Assembly: GCA_000165345.1 (NCBI GenBank)
Contig: CM000432.1
Coordinates: 288,001-352,000, forward strand
Direction: 5' to 3'
Length of the DNA stretch: 64,000 bases
In this document: piece by piece, positions 20,058 to 30,624 of the stretch
How positions within the stretch are numbered: the first letter of the stretch is position 1
How the letters are laid out: every line of letters begins with the position of its first letter
Program-made: the position numbers and the translations under genes
The notes under the pieces: generated by a model
Seen by the model: only the letters and a program-made list of their open reading frames with translations
Told to the model about the DNA's origin: nothing
Database searches by the model: none

Positions 20058-21026
20058 TCATTTCTTAACAACACCAACAATTCCTGGAATTCTTCCGCTC
20101 TTAATTAGTTCCTGATATTTCTCGTTATATGTCCTAACACCTCCAGGTATTCTGTCAGTTTTCCATGGTTCAGGATTCGAATTATTTGTTTGACCACTTT
20201 TATTGCTATATAGACTACTACTGCTGTTAAGTTTTATGGGTTTGCCATCCAATCTTTCGCAGTGGCCAGAAAATATTGAGTCAGTATTACTCATTGAATA
20301 TTCTGAAGTAACAGATGCTGTCAAATTAGTATCAGTCATTGTTCTACTTTCACTCTTGTTATAATCTTCAACATAATCAGGCGGTGGCGCAAAATCGACT
20401 TGAATATCAGTTTCTATGATTGAAATTGCATTATTTGGCTTAGTTTCAAGAACATTTATCCTATATGAATTGTTATTGTAATGAATAGTTATAATATCAC
20501 CAACTGTTAAAGTTGCAAAGTTTCTCAAAGTTGTTTCCAAAACTGCCTTAGGATTAGATATATCCAAGAAATCCATTGATAAGGGCATAAACTTAACATA
20601 AGTACCTTTGCTTAATGATGTATTCATGATTGAAGTAATGTCTCCTTCTTGTAATTCAAGATTCTGCATCATCCAATAAGGCATATAGCATGTGCCTTCT
20701 TCAGCAACAAATTCCAAAACACCAGAATGCGTAAATTTATTCTTTGCAGGGTTGCTAATTTGGAACAACATTGGCCAAGTAATGTTTCTTCTAGCCAATT
20801 GATTTAAAGCTGATGGAGGTAGTAGTATTTTGTTTCCACCTTCAAGCTCATCTCTTCCTGCAAAACTTACTGGATAACAAGAGTATTCATTGATAAATAG
20901 ATTAGAACTTGAGCTTCTAAAGTTAGATCCACCCCTGTTAATTTGTTCAAAATCATCATGTATATTGTCATTTTCAAATCCTCCTGAGAAAAAATTACCA
21001 GATGTAAATCTACTAAAACCAAACAT
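20058..21026 (-). CDS. UFD1: Ubiquitin fusion degradation protein UFD1 (Cdc48/p97 cofactor)
   Basis: GGNKILLPPSALNQLARRNITWPMLFQISNP...HSGVLEFVAEEGTCYMPYWMMQNLELQEGD...DFLDISNPKAVLETTLRNFATLTVGDIITIHYN...VLETKPNNAISIIETDIQVDFAPPPDY is colinear with UFD1 ([29 protein letters not shown]...HCGVLEFVADEG.CYLPHWMM...[30 protein letters not shown]...VMETKPDKAVSIIECDMNVDF). Confidence 0.9.
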   Translation of the reverse strand: MFGFSRFTSGNFFSGGFENDNIHDDFEQINRGGSNFRSSSSNLFINEYSCYPVSFAGRDELEGGNKILLPPSALNQLARRNITWPMLFQISNPAKNKFTHSGVLEFVAEEGTCYMPYWMMQNLELQEGDITSIMNTSLSKGTYVKFMPLSMDFLDISNPKAVLETTLRNFATLTVGDIITIHYNNNSYRINVLETKPNNAISIIETDIQVDFAPPPDYVEDYNKSESRTMTDTNLTASVTSEYSMSNTDSIFSGHCERLDGKPIKLNSSSSLYSNKSGQTNNSNPEPWKTDRIPGGVRTYNEKYQELIKSGRIPGIVGVVKK

Positions 21027-21393
21027 TCTTCGATTTTTCTATAAATGACTTCTTACAATAAAGGCATAAGATTTCTTTAACTTGATAAAGAATATTTCAA
21101 ACAATAATAGTTTCTTGATTTCTTTTTATAGATTTTTTCAAATATATTATTAATATTTTATAACCCCCTTTCCCTACTTGGACGATTCAATCATTTAACT
21201 GATAAAAAGAAAATAGAAAAAAAGTAAAATTCCAGTTTCTGAATTAATTAATATCAAATTCCTTTATGAATTTACCGTAAAAAATGCAACAATTTATTCA
21301 GCTTGATATCTTTTCTTTCTAATAAATTATTATCATTCTTTATTCCCTAAATAAAGTTAAAACTCGTAAAAATAATACCATCTCTATCGTTAA

Positions 21394-21403
21394 GGCGGGA
21401 AAA
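21394..21403. promoter_or_regulatory. E2F-like box (GGCGGGAAAA) upstream of UFD1
   Basis: 370 bp upstream of the UFD1 ATG at 21026. A TACCGGCAT box lies at 21421. Confidence 0.4.
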
Positions 21404-21667
21404 CCCCACATGTCATTCTATACCGGCATTTCTTGCAATACGTATATGTTCACATGCAATATAATATTTATGTGGAAAGAAATACAAAAGAACATAGTTT
21501 AGCAAATAAATCAAATAAAATTTATTATTAATATTTTCAACAAACTATTGTTTTTGTTTTTTTTAAATATTAATTAGTAAAAAAAATTAGTATAAAGATT
21601 TTTATCTATTTTAGAATTAACTTTTATATTATTTATATAATAAAAATAGTAATATTTACCAAATAAA

Positions 21668-23083
21668 TTAATCTGATTCGTCCATATTATCATCGTCATC
21701 ATCATTGTTGTTACTACTATTCAATTGATTGTGAATACTACCATTATTCAACATTATATTATTATAAATACTGCTTTGGTAAGTTTGATAAGCAAAATTA
21801 GTACTATCATTATTCATTTCAGTTTGGTATTCGTAGTTTTGTTGATCGTAGCCATTTTGGTAGTAACTCTGGCCATCATTATTAGAATAAAGACTTTCAT
21901 AATAATCACCATTTGGATTGTACTCACTGCTAGAATGTTCAATGACATTATTAGTTGCTTCTGTATTATAATTTACTTCATGGCCAAGTTCAATCATCAT
22001 TTTCTTAAATTCTTCTTCGACATTATTGTTAGGAACATATTGTTTGCAATCTTTTGTAATATGACCTTTGTCACCACAAATGCTACACTTAATATCAGGT
22101 CTTTTAAATGAATTGAGTGAATTAACGTCTGGACAGGCGTAAGTAGGATGTTGCGTAGAGCCGCAATGTAAGCACCCTTTTGTCAAAGTTATAGCAGTAT
22201 TTCCACTTGAAAATGTATTAATAAGGCTACTAGAGTTATTCAAATTTGTATTCAATGTACCATTGATAATAGCAAGTTGTTGCAATCCATCCCTCTTATA
22301 TTCTTCATGTAAAGGGTGAAAAGGATCCAAAAGCGGCTGAATCATACTTACAGCTTTATCCAGTTTGTATTGAGACTCTGCAGTAATATGAATGTGCATT
22401 GGCATCGCCAATTCTTCTTCAGTTTGATGATCACATTTTTTTCCTTCTTTAGTAGTTCCTTTTCCACGTATTGAAATCTGAGTGCCACTTTCTGCTTCTA
22501 GTCTTCTATGATTATATCCTCTTGGGCCTATAATTAAGCCCATAAAATTATAGTCAGGATACTTATCTAAAGGTATTATCAACTTTTTGGTCTTTTTTAA
22601 TGGTTTATAATCTTTTGGTACAACATAGCCTTCCACATTTTTTGACATATATTCTATTAAATTTGATAATTCTTCCTCCATATTCTTTCTTACTCTTACT
22701 TCCCTTGTATTTATTCTTGAGCCATTCTTATCGTAAATTGGAGGCGGACTAGGCTCTCTAATATCTGGACTACCATACTCTATTTCTCCCATTTGCAGTT
22801 TGTAAATTAATTCGTCCAATCTTTGCTCTCTTAAAAACTGATCAATTTCATAGTTACTCATTCCTGGAGGAAAGTCTGAGTAAGCTGGAGGGATATACTC
22901 TTTTTCATATACACTTTTCCATCTACTTGTAGATCCATCACTCACTTTTGACCATCTACTTTCTCTTTTAGATATATTATCATTACTAATCTCAGCAATT
23001 GATATCTGGCCTGGGTTATTACCTTTGAAATAGATATTATTACCACCAGTACTATTCCCAATGGGCGTAATATCCGCTTCCAT
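21668..23083 (-). CDS. SF1: Splicing factor 1 / branch-point binding protein (SF1/BBP)
   Basis: KH/STAR-type domain LIIPLDKYPDYNFMGLIIGPRGYNHRRLEAESGTQISIRGKG (compare SF1 [40 protein letters not shown]). It is followed by two CCHC zinc knuckles (CLHCGSTQHPTYAC, CSICGDKGHITKDC), an Asn/Tyr/Gln-rich tail and an acidic C-terminus. Confidence 0.85.
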   Translation of the reverse strand: MEADITPIGNSTGGNNIYFKGNNPGQISIAEISNDNISKRESRWSKVSDGSTSRWKSVYEKEYIPPAYSDFPPGMSNYEIDQFLREQRLDELIYKLQMGEIEYGSPDIREPSPPPIYDKNGSRINTREVRVRKNMEEELSNLIEYMSKNVEGYVVPKDYKPLKKTKKLIIPLDKYPDYNFMGLIIGPRGYNHRRLEAESGTQISIRGKGTTKEGKKCDHQTEEELAMPMHIHITAESQYKLDKAVSMIQPLLDPFHPLHEEYKRDGLQQLAIINGTLNTNLNNSSSLINTFSSGNTAITLTKGCLHCGSTQHPTYACPDVNSLNSFKRPDIKCSICGDKGHITKDCKQYVPNNNVEEEFKKMMIELGHEVNYNTEATNNVIEHSSSEYNPNGDYYESLYSNNDGQSYYQNGYDQQNYEYQTEMNNDSTNFAYQTYQSSIYNNIMLNNGSIHNQLNSSNNNDDDDDNMDESD

Positions 23084-23305
23084 TATAATAGTATTTGAAA
23101 TACTACTTATTTTAGTTAATGATCATAACAAGAAAATAATTATATAATTCCTTATTTTAATAAAAAGCTTTACTGTTTCAGGCCTCTGATTTTAAAAATT
23201 TGGTTATTTAATATTTAAAAAAAAAAATCAATTATTTAATTATATTTCTATTATAAATAAATCTTTTTGCACATTCTAATGTAAAATATTACTTATTTTT
23301 TTTTT

Positions 23306-23317
23306 TGGCGGGCAAAT
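23306..23317. promoter_or_regulatory. E2F-like box (TTGGCGGGCAAA) upstream of SF1
   Basis: 225 bp upstream of the ATG at 23083. Confidence 0.4.
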
Positions 23318-23571
23318 TTGTGTCATATATTTGAAGCTTTTAGAAAGTACAGCAAAATATACATATTGATAATTTTTGTCCATCTCAAGGATTTATCTAA
23401 AGTAAAAGTATCGCAGTTGTGCAGAAAGCATAGATAATAGCTATTAGATTGATCTGGTTAGTATAAATTTTGAATCTAGTTACTCTTTCTAAATAATTTT
23501 TAAATTAATGTAATCTTTTCACTTAGAACTATGTTGTTAAAAGCGAGCTAGCTATACAAAATGAGTGATTC

Positions 23572-24363
23572 CTAGAGATTGGAGTTTTGTTTAAGAATTT
23601 TACTATAAATACTTTTATACTTTTCATTTTCATTTTTAGTATCGAGAATTTTCTTAACTTTCTTTACTTTATTAGTTGTACGATCTTCATCTGGAAGTGC
23701 TTTATCTCTTCTTCCATAGGATGCAGTTGATAAAGAAACTCTATCAAAGAGTTCCTTTACTTGGGTCTTACTTCTTTTAACGTTAGTATCTTTCAAGTTT
23801 CCAATACCTAATGCAAACTCATCAGATTTTTGGTTATTTATATTTTTAGAAGAATTCATTTTATTTTTTAACTCTCTAAGTCTCTGCTTATTAATCATCA
23901 TATCTCTCTTTAAGTTAATAGCTTCTCTTGGATCTTTGTTTTCATCCATATTACCCTTAATTTCAATAATAGCTTCATTATGTTTCTTTTGTATCTTCTT
24001 AATAGAGTTTCTACCCCATCTTGGAACAAAGTCATCAGTAATAGGATCATAAACCATTCTTGATCTTTTTCTCTTTTTAATACCTTTAAGTTCAGCAAAT
24101 TTTTCCCATCTAGTCTTTTCCTTTTTTGTTGGAAGAGGATAAGCTCTAGGAAGCAAAATTTCCTGGTTACTTGGGAGACTTACAACAGTTCCATCTTTTG
24201 TATTTTCCTTGCTGAGATCTGACCAAATTGAATTCAACATTAACTGCAAATTATTTGCCCCAGATTTATTTATTTCAGTTTCATTTATACTGCTAATATC
24301 AATTCCAATCAAATTACTAAGACATACTTCTAATGGAGATGTTTCCAGCTGTGCTCCCTCCAT
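23572..24363 (-). CDS. RRS1: Ribosome biogenesis regulatory protein RRS1 homolog
   Basis: EKTRWEKFAELKGIKKRKRSRMVYDPITDDFVPRWGRNSIKK matches the RRS1 core (TRWQQFARLKGIRPKKKTNLVWDEVSGQWRRRWGYQRA). The C-terminal tail is basic and Lys-rich. Confidence 0.7.
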   Translation of the reverse strand: MEGAQLETSPLEVCLSNLIGIDISSINETEINKSGANNLQLMLNSIWSDLSKENTKDGTVVSLPSNQEILLPRAYPLPTKKEKTRWEKFAELKGIKKRKRSRMVYDPITDDFVPRWGRNSIKKIQKKHNEAIIEIKGNMDENKDPREAINLKRDMMINKQRLRELKNKMNSSKNINNQKSDEFALGIGNLKDTNVKRSKTQVKELFDRVSLSTASYGRRDKALPDEDRTTNKVKKVKKILDTKNENEKYKSIYSKILKQNSNL

Positions 24364-24498
24364 TATAACTCCAGAATACTCTCTTCTTCAATTCTTATAG
24401 AAGGAATGAAAGCTTAATAATAACTTTATTTGAAAAAATAAAAATAAAATAAAAAGTTACTTTCAATTTGACATTTTGAATATAGAGATTAATTAATT

Positions 24499-24525
24499 GG
24501 GCGCCACATGTTTGTTGCCGCCAAT
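24499..24525. promoter_or_regulatory. Pair of E2F-like boxes (GGGCGCCAC ... TTGCCGCCAA) upstream of RRS1
   Basis: 140-160 bp upstream of the ATG at 24363. Confidence 0.4.
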
Positions 24526-24997
24526 TTTTTTATATAGAATATATATTTTTGCATGTTTATGGCTAAATGGAACAAAAAGCAAAGCCAGAATTTACAATAA
24601 TATTTGCTAATGATATTAAATAATGCTTATAGAAAATAGTTTAATGCTCACGAAAATTTGGAGTCAATTGTTTATTTAAACTTTACTAGAATAGAGAAGA
24701 TAAATTCTAGATAGATGAAATATAGGAAATCTACTTTAAAAAGGTAAATAATGTTGAATTGGTTAATTGTTCAATTTTGAACCATTACATGTGAGAAATC
24801 CAAAATAAATCGATTTCAAGCACTAATTTATATTAGGCGATTAATAGAAGGAAAAAGAAACACTAAATTAATAATTAGAAAATTTACTACCTATTTAAGC
24901 TAATGAAACAGTGTTTGTAAGAATTGAATACATATTCATTTCTGTTATGATAAAAATATAGAAAAATATTATTGCATTTTTCTATATTTTCAATATC

Positions 24998-25381
24998 TTA
25001 ACACTTAGCCTTTTGGATCTTTCTATATCTAATGATAGCAACATTCTTCAAATCTGGACGGGATGAGATTTGATTTTTGATTGTCTTCTTTGCTTGTTTA
25101 AAATTATTGGAGAGATTTACCTTAGAAATGAGTTTCTTTGGGCATCTAATAGTACTTGATCCAGTGTTCTTCTTGGTTATCTTGGCATTCTTAACAAGCT
25201 TTCCATTGGAATTTGGAACTAAATCCATGCTAATTGATCTTCTTGCAGCAAGACCTGAGTACTTTAAGGTGTTCAAGTTCATTATGTTGAATGGTTCAGA
25301 GGTAAAAGTGAAGCCATTGTTCTTCTTAATGAAAGAAGTGTTTTTCTTAACACATTGCCATAAAAGTTCAGTTGAAAACAT
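24998..25381 (-). CDS. RPL28: 60S ribosomal protein L28e
   Basis: MFSTELLWQCVKKNTSFIKKNNGFTFTSEPFNIMNLNTLKYSGL...RPDLKNVAIIRYRKIQKA is colinear with human RPL28 ([43 protein letters not shown]...[20 protein letters not shown]). Confidence 0.9.
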   Translation of the reverse strand: MFSTELLWQCVKKNTSFIKKNNGFTFTSEPFNIMNLNTLKYSGLAARRSISMDLVPNSNGKLVKNAKITKKNTGSSTIRCPKKLISKVNLSNNFKQAKKTIKNQISSRPDLKNVAIIRYRKIQKAKC

Positions 25382-25772
25382 TTTTAACTATTAAATATAA
25401 TATAATATTACAGATATTTATTCAGAAGAATGTGTTAAAAAATAAGGAAATACTTTTTTTTTTAACTTAATATGACCTTAATTGTTTTTTTAATTTTTTT
25501 TCCAGTGACAAGAAAAAAAGCTACTTTTAATCAATTAATTTTTTTATTTTTAATTAAATTATTTACTATTAATCTCAAATATTCAGCTAATTAATTTAAT
25601 ATAATACATTTATAAATTATAAATTATTACTAATACTAATACTTCAATATATTTCTACGTCTCAAGTCAATTCAAAACAATATTATTATAGTTTAATTAT
25701 TTACTTTTTTAAATTGGGTATAGAATGCAAACAAAATATATTAATAATTTATCGACCATTAATAATTACGTA

Positions 25773-25799
25773 AAAGGCGGCAAAAATGACCGCCAAAAG
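25773..25799. promoter_or_regulatory. Inverted pair of E2F-like boxes (AAGGCGGCAAAAA / ACCGCCAAAAG) upstream of RPL28e
   Basis: 390 bp upstream of the ATG at 25381, and just 3-prime of the stop of the 25823 gene. Confidence 0.4.
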
Positions 25800-25822
25800 T
25801 TTAATTAATATTATTAAATTAG

Positions 25823-28591
25823 TTATTTATATAATGCATGGAAATTATTTGGGAATACAATTTTTTGTTGAACAGCATCAATAGTTATAGGAGTTGGTAC
25901 TGGAGCAACATATTGAAGGTTGTTGTTTGTATTAGTATTTGGTACTATATTGATATTACCATTTAAAAGTGTAGTGTTAGTTGTGTTTTGAGTTGCATTC
26001 ATATTAAAAAAACTGCTATTGCTTCTACTATTAAGTAAGTTTGCCGGGTAGTACTGGTTGTTATTATTATTACTGGTATTATTCAATAGAGGTGTTGTGT
26101 TACTCCTTATTAAATTCGTATCAGTTGTTTTTAAATTATTAGCTTCTATATAGTTTGTAGGTTGCAAGTCTAAAAGTTTGACTTCAGGAGAATAAATTAA
26201 ATATGAATCTGTTTCATTGCTAGCCACATTCTTATTGATTGTGTTTATGTTCTTTTCTGTATTGCTACTCGCTTGAAATTCATTTATTGAATTAATTGTT
26301 TGAATTGTTGCTTTATAAGCTCTTACAATTGGGGCATTAGTTCCGTAATTGGGCTGATTATTTGATTCAATTATATTAGAATGTTCTATTTTTTGATCAT
26401 TTAAATATTTATCCACTGTACTGCTTTTGTTGCTAATGATAAAGGTTGAATTATTCACTAAATTTGTTGTTTTAACTTTAGGTACAATAGTTTCTAAATC
26501 ACTATTCATTTTTCTTAGATTTCTTTTGCTAAGAATATCAGCAGATATAATTGACTCATTATTCATGTATGAATCATCAAAAATACCCCCTTTTAAATTA
26601 CTCATTGAAATCAAATTTGTTTTTGAGTTGGTTCTATAAAAACTATTCGAGTTTGAATTATTATAATCATCAACTAATCTTTCTTTTGATTTTGTCCTTT
26701 TTTTTGATAGGCTATTAACTGTTGGTTTAGTAAAGTTAGATAATTGATCATTAACTTTGATATGCTCCTTTGAACTGGTTTTTGAATTATTAAAATCTGT
26801 ACCTTTGCCAGATTTAACTAAGTTCTTTCCATTTATTCTTTCGTTTTCTTGAACATTCTTCTGATCAGAAATTGTTTTATTTACTTTTTTTTCTGTTGTT
26901 TTATAATTTTGTAGTGATAAATTTGGTCTAGTATTACTCTTCTTAATCTTTTCTAATTCAGAAACATTCTTACTGATATTAGATTCATTTTTATGACAAT
27001 CATCTTTGTTATTTACGCATTTATCGTCTTCAATTTCTTCAGTAATTTTTTTAATATCATTGGTTGGTTTAGCAGTTTTCGTTATATCTTTATGGTCATC
27101 CTCGCTTTTATTATCGCTTTGTTTTTGAATAATAGCTAGTTCGTTATCATTTATCCGTTCATCAAAACTAGTTTCATATTGAGTTTTACTTTCATCCTTT
27201 TCAATCAATTCACATTCCGCATCTACTGGAGTAATAACCAAATGATGGTTATTAATTTGCTCCACTGGGTCTCGTGGAGTTGATATTGCGCTTTTAATAT
27301 GCTTACATTGAGAAAGGATATTCAATTTTGAAGGAATAGATGACCTCAACTCATGGAATCTTTTCTCTATTCCTGAAATAACTGAATTTTTCGGAACTTC
27401 TGTCTGATCGTTGTTGATTCTAAGTAATTCGGCACCACCTTTTAATATATTATTATTAATATTATAATCATGGCGCCTGATGTGTGCATGCATATTTAAA
27501 TAATTATTTTGATTATCGATTTCTTTATTAATAAATAATACTCGATTATCTTGTGATAATTCTTTAATATTTAATAGATTGGTATTGATTTGATCGTCTG
27601 TTAAAGCATTGTTATTTGGAAGTTCGCCACTATTCATTGAATCAAAAGTGTTATCTTCTTGATGAATAAGATTACCATATTTGCTTTTTAACTTCATTCT
27701 AAGATTAATAATTGAGTTATCTAATTGATCTTGTAATGAAAATAAAGTAAAGCTTAGTTTGTTGATTTCTTGATCTTTCTTATTAATTAAAAAAAAATCT
27801 CTATTAATTTGTTCCTTTAATTGTAAATTCTCCATATGTATGAGATTTACTTTCTTTCTTAATACAGATTCTAAATAGAAAGAATCTTCATCTTTTTTAT
27901 TAAGTGTATCAACATCTTCGATATGTCTTTGTAACAAATCATTCATTCTAAGAGTAAAGAAATGAACTCTATTTCTATTAAGCATATCAGTAATCATTTC
28001 TTTTTCCAATAAGAATTCATTATTTAAACTAACTCCTTTCTTTAATATCCTTAAATCCAATAATAACAATTTCAAGTAATCGTTACTTTTAAATATTCCA
28101 GAATTATTATCAGAACTAATCAATTGATTATTCAATAAACTTGAATCCAATAATTTCTTATCATTTTGCCTTATTCTCTCGATAAGAATATGTTTGTTTT
28201 CTTCATTACAATTCAATTCATTAAATAAATGTGTTAATTCACTATAATTTCTTTTAATTTCTAGCAAACTTTCATAGTTTTCCTTCTGAGTTTCATTTTT
28301 TGTTAGCTCTTCATTCAAAATTTTCAAAGTCTCTTTTTCGTTGTTTATATCATATTTCTCTAAAAGAGCTATAAAATTACTATTGTTAAATAATTCATAT
28401 ATTTTGCCATTAATTTTATCCTCCAACTGAATATATTTATCTGTCAGATTCATTCTACTTTCATTTTTATCATTAGCTTTCATTTCTTCCATTTTTGTGA
28501 TTTCTGAATCTTCTTGATTCTTTTTTTTAATCTTTGGTGTATCATATTCAATGATATCTTCTTCGTGAACTATTAATTTCTCTGTATTCAT
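25823..28591 (-). CDS. Hypothetical large coiled-coil / low-complexity protein (922 aa)
   Basis: Uninterrupted ORF. The N-terminal half is heptad-like and Glu/Lys/Leu-rich (predicted coiled coil). The C-terminal half is Asn/Ser/Thr-rich. I recognise no catalytic motifs. Confidence 0.55.
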   Translation of the reverse strand: MNTEKLIVHEEDIIEYDTPKIKKKNQEDSEITKMEEMKANDKNESRMNLTDKYIQLEDKINGKIYELFNNSNFIALLEKYDINNEKETLKILNEELTKNETQKENYESLLEIKRNYSELTHLFNELNCNEENKHILIERIRQNDKKLLDSSLLNNQLISSDNNSGIFKSNDYLKLLLLDLRILKKGVSLNNEFLLEKEMITDMLNRNRVHFFTLRMNDLLQRHIEDVDTLNKKDEDSFYLESVLRKKVNLIHMENLQLKEQINRDFFLINKKDQEINKLSFTLFSLQDQLDNSIINLRMKLKSKYGNLIHQEDNTFDSMNSGELPNNNALTDDQINTNLLNIKELSQDNRVLFINKEIDNQNNYLNMHAHIRRHDYNINNNILKGGAELLRINNDQTEVPKNSVISGIEKRFHELRSSIPSKLNILSQCKHIKSAISTPRDPVEQINNHHLVITPVDAECELIEKDESKTQYETSFDERINDNELAIIQKQSDNKSEDDHKDITKTAKPTNDIKKITEEIEDDKCVNNKDDCHKNESNISKNVSELEKIKKSNTRPNLSLQNYKTTEKKVNKTISDQKNVQENERINGKNLVKSGKGTDFNNSKTSSKEHIKVNDQLSNFTKPTVNSLSKKRTKSKERLVDDYNNSNSNSFYRTNSKTNLISMSNLKGGIFDDSYMNNESIISADILSKRNLRKMNSDLETIVPKVKTTNLVNNSTFIISNKSSTVDKYLNDQKIEHSNIIESNNQPNYGTNAPIVRAYKATIQTINSINEFQASSNTEKNINTINKNVASNETDSYLIYSPEVKLLDLQPTNYIEANNLKTTDTNLIRSNTTPLLNNTSNNNNNQYYPANLLNSRSNSSFFNMNATQNTTNTTLLNGNINIVPNTNTNNNLQYVAPVPTPITIDAVQQKIVFPNNFHALYK

Positions 28592-29140
28592 TTATTCTCG
28601 AACTTAATACTAGTATTCAAGCAAATAGACTCATATAGATCAATATAAATATAAATACATATACATGTATATATCTGCTACATATATATGTGTATATTTA
28701 AGATTATTATCTACTTATTTACCAGTTATTTATCAAATTGTATGTATATTGTTGGCTTAATTATACATTTAAAAAAAAATAGAAATTTTAATATTCTCTT
28801 TAGTCTTCTGTTTAAAAAAGTAAGCCAATTTCACGCATTAATGAGCTAAATAACTGTAAAACTTTTCTCTTGTCTTGTGGATCTATTCTTCCTGCAAATA
28901 TGAATATAAATTCTATGGATTTACTTATTTACCAATTATTTTAACTTAAATATAAATATCTCCCCACTTATATTGAGTTGTGCTTCTAAATAACAATTAT
29001 ACTATTAATGTATAGATCTTTTCTAAAAGATCGAAAGATAATAATAAGAAATAATTACAGTTAACTCTTTATCTTTAAATAAGATTTTATTACATAAATT
29101 AATCCTCACATAATATAAATGCAATTCTCCTCTCTAAATA

Positions 29141-29173
29141 CCGCCAAATGTGAGTTGTTTGCCCGCCAAATGT
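29141..29173. promoter_or_regulatory. Two E2F-like boxes (CCGCCAAATG ... TGCCCGCCAAATG)
   Basis: 550-580 bp upstream of the ATG at 28591 (minus-strand gene). Confidence 0.35.
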
Positions 29174-29542
29174 CCATTTTGAAATTCAATTCATCTAATA
29201 TAACAAAAATTAAAAATAAAGAAAAGCACTAATAATTAGATTATAATTGTTTTTCTTAAATTAATGTAAAGTAGATCAATTAGTGAAAAATAAAATACAT
29301 TTATACTACTCGACAAAATAATTATTTTTTTCTTGAATTTTTTTTTTTTTTTTTTTTGTAAAAATACTAATTATTTAAAAAAAAAGAAAAAAAAACAATA
29401 TTTTTAAACTTTATTTTAGTTATTTATTATTTAATTCTAGTACTATACATGAAAATAAACTTTAAATGTTAAATAATACTTATCTATTCATGTGGAAATT
29501 ATTCATGTTGTTTCCATATTTTTTATTTTTAGCACACAAACA

Positions 29543-29553
29543 TTTGGCGCCAC
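29543..29553. promoter_or_regulatory. E2F-like box (TTTGGCGCCAC) upstream of the tRNA-splicing endonuclease gene
   Basis: 250 bp upstream of the ATG at 29805. Confidence 0.4.
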
Positions 29554-29732
29554 TAATTATTTAGTTGTATAATTTGAATTTATTACGGAAATATAAGTAG
29601 TCGATACTAATAAAGAAAATGAAAAAAAAAAATCCCATTAGTTTGTTTTGGAATTAATTATTAAATATGAGATTTTAACTTATCTTTTTCTTCTGTTTAA
29701 ATATAATTACTTGAACTGTATATTTTACATAT

Positions 29733-29755
29733 ATATATATATATATATATATATC
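29733..29755. repeat. (TA)n microsatellite
   Basis: TA run in the 5-prime spacer. Confidence 0.8.
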
Positions 29756-29804
29756 TTCTATTAAAACGAAATATACCATAAGGGATTTGATAAAGTAGGA
29801 AAAA

Positions 29805-30624
29805 ATGAAGAATGAAGATCAATCAATAGAATTCTCCTTTACAAAACCACTCTATTTTGTTCTATATGACGTAATCGCAATTCCAGAAATTAACGAAAAT
29901 TTACATTTAAAATTTATTGAAGATCTATATTTGAAATTTAAATTAGGTCATAAAACAGTAGATGAAGCTCACGAACAAATAAGCTGTCAGTATACATTTA
30001 ATGTATATGAAATCTTATACATAGGAGAAAAATATGGGCATTACGATATCTTTTTTAAAGTGAAAAATTTAGTTGACGATATTAATAATACTTTTAGAAT
30101 TGTAAGTTAAATAATACAACATTATCTTTACTAAAATAAAATAATAATACTATCAGACATATGAAAATATATCTAATATTTACAATAAATTTCAGTTTAA
30201 TCAAGAAAATCTAATTCTCTTAAAGTATATAATATATAAATACTTTAAAGAGAAAAACTATATAGTTAAAGATGGAATGAAATTTGGAGTTGATTATATA
30301 TTATATCATAAAAGTCCATCTCTAGTCCATGGAAAGCATTGTATATTAATTTGTAAATTCACATATGAAGAAAAAGAAAAGAAAAAAGAAAATGGCAATA
30401 ATGATTATTGTTATAATAAAAGTGATCTATCAAAATATGATGGATATGAAGAAATTATTTACAATAATAAAAAATATATGGTAAAATTTCCTATTATTAA
30501 TTATAAAAAAATTATTAATTTATCGAGATTATGTGAGTCTGTTTCAAAAAAGCTTATTCTTGTTGAATATAACTCCAAAAATGATGAAATCCAAAGTCTA
30601 GAAATTTCCAGATTTTCTAGTTAA
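29805..30624 (+). CDS. tRNA-splicing endonuclease catalytic subunit (Sen2/Sen34-like), two exons (29805..30101, intron 30102..30195, 30196..30624), about 241 aa
   Basis: The ORF-track ORFs 29805..30110 and 30277..30624 are one gene. The first ends at a stop embedded in a donor ATT|GTAAGTTAA. A 94-nt intron ends in ...AATTTCAG at 30195 and continues in phase 0 (FNQENLILLKYIIYKYFKEKNYIVKDGMKFGVDYILYHKSPSLVHGKHCILI). This is the conserved C-terminal catalytic domain of tRNA-intron endonucleases (GxKFGxDFLLYxxxPxxxHAxY). Confidence 0.6.

Noticed and set aside
21725-22111. Plus-strand ORF 21725..22111 antisense to SF1
   Set aside because: Opposite a well-supported conserved gene, with a hydrophobic low-complexity translation.
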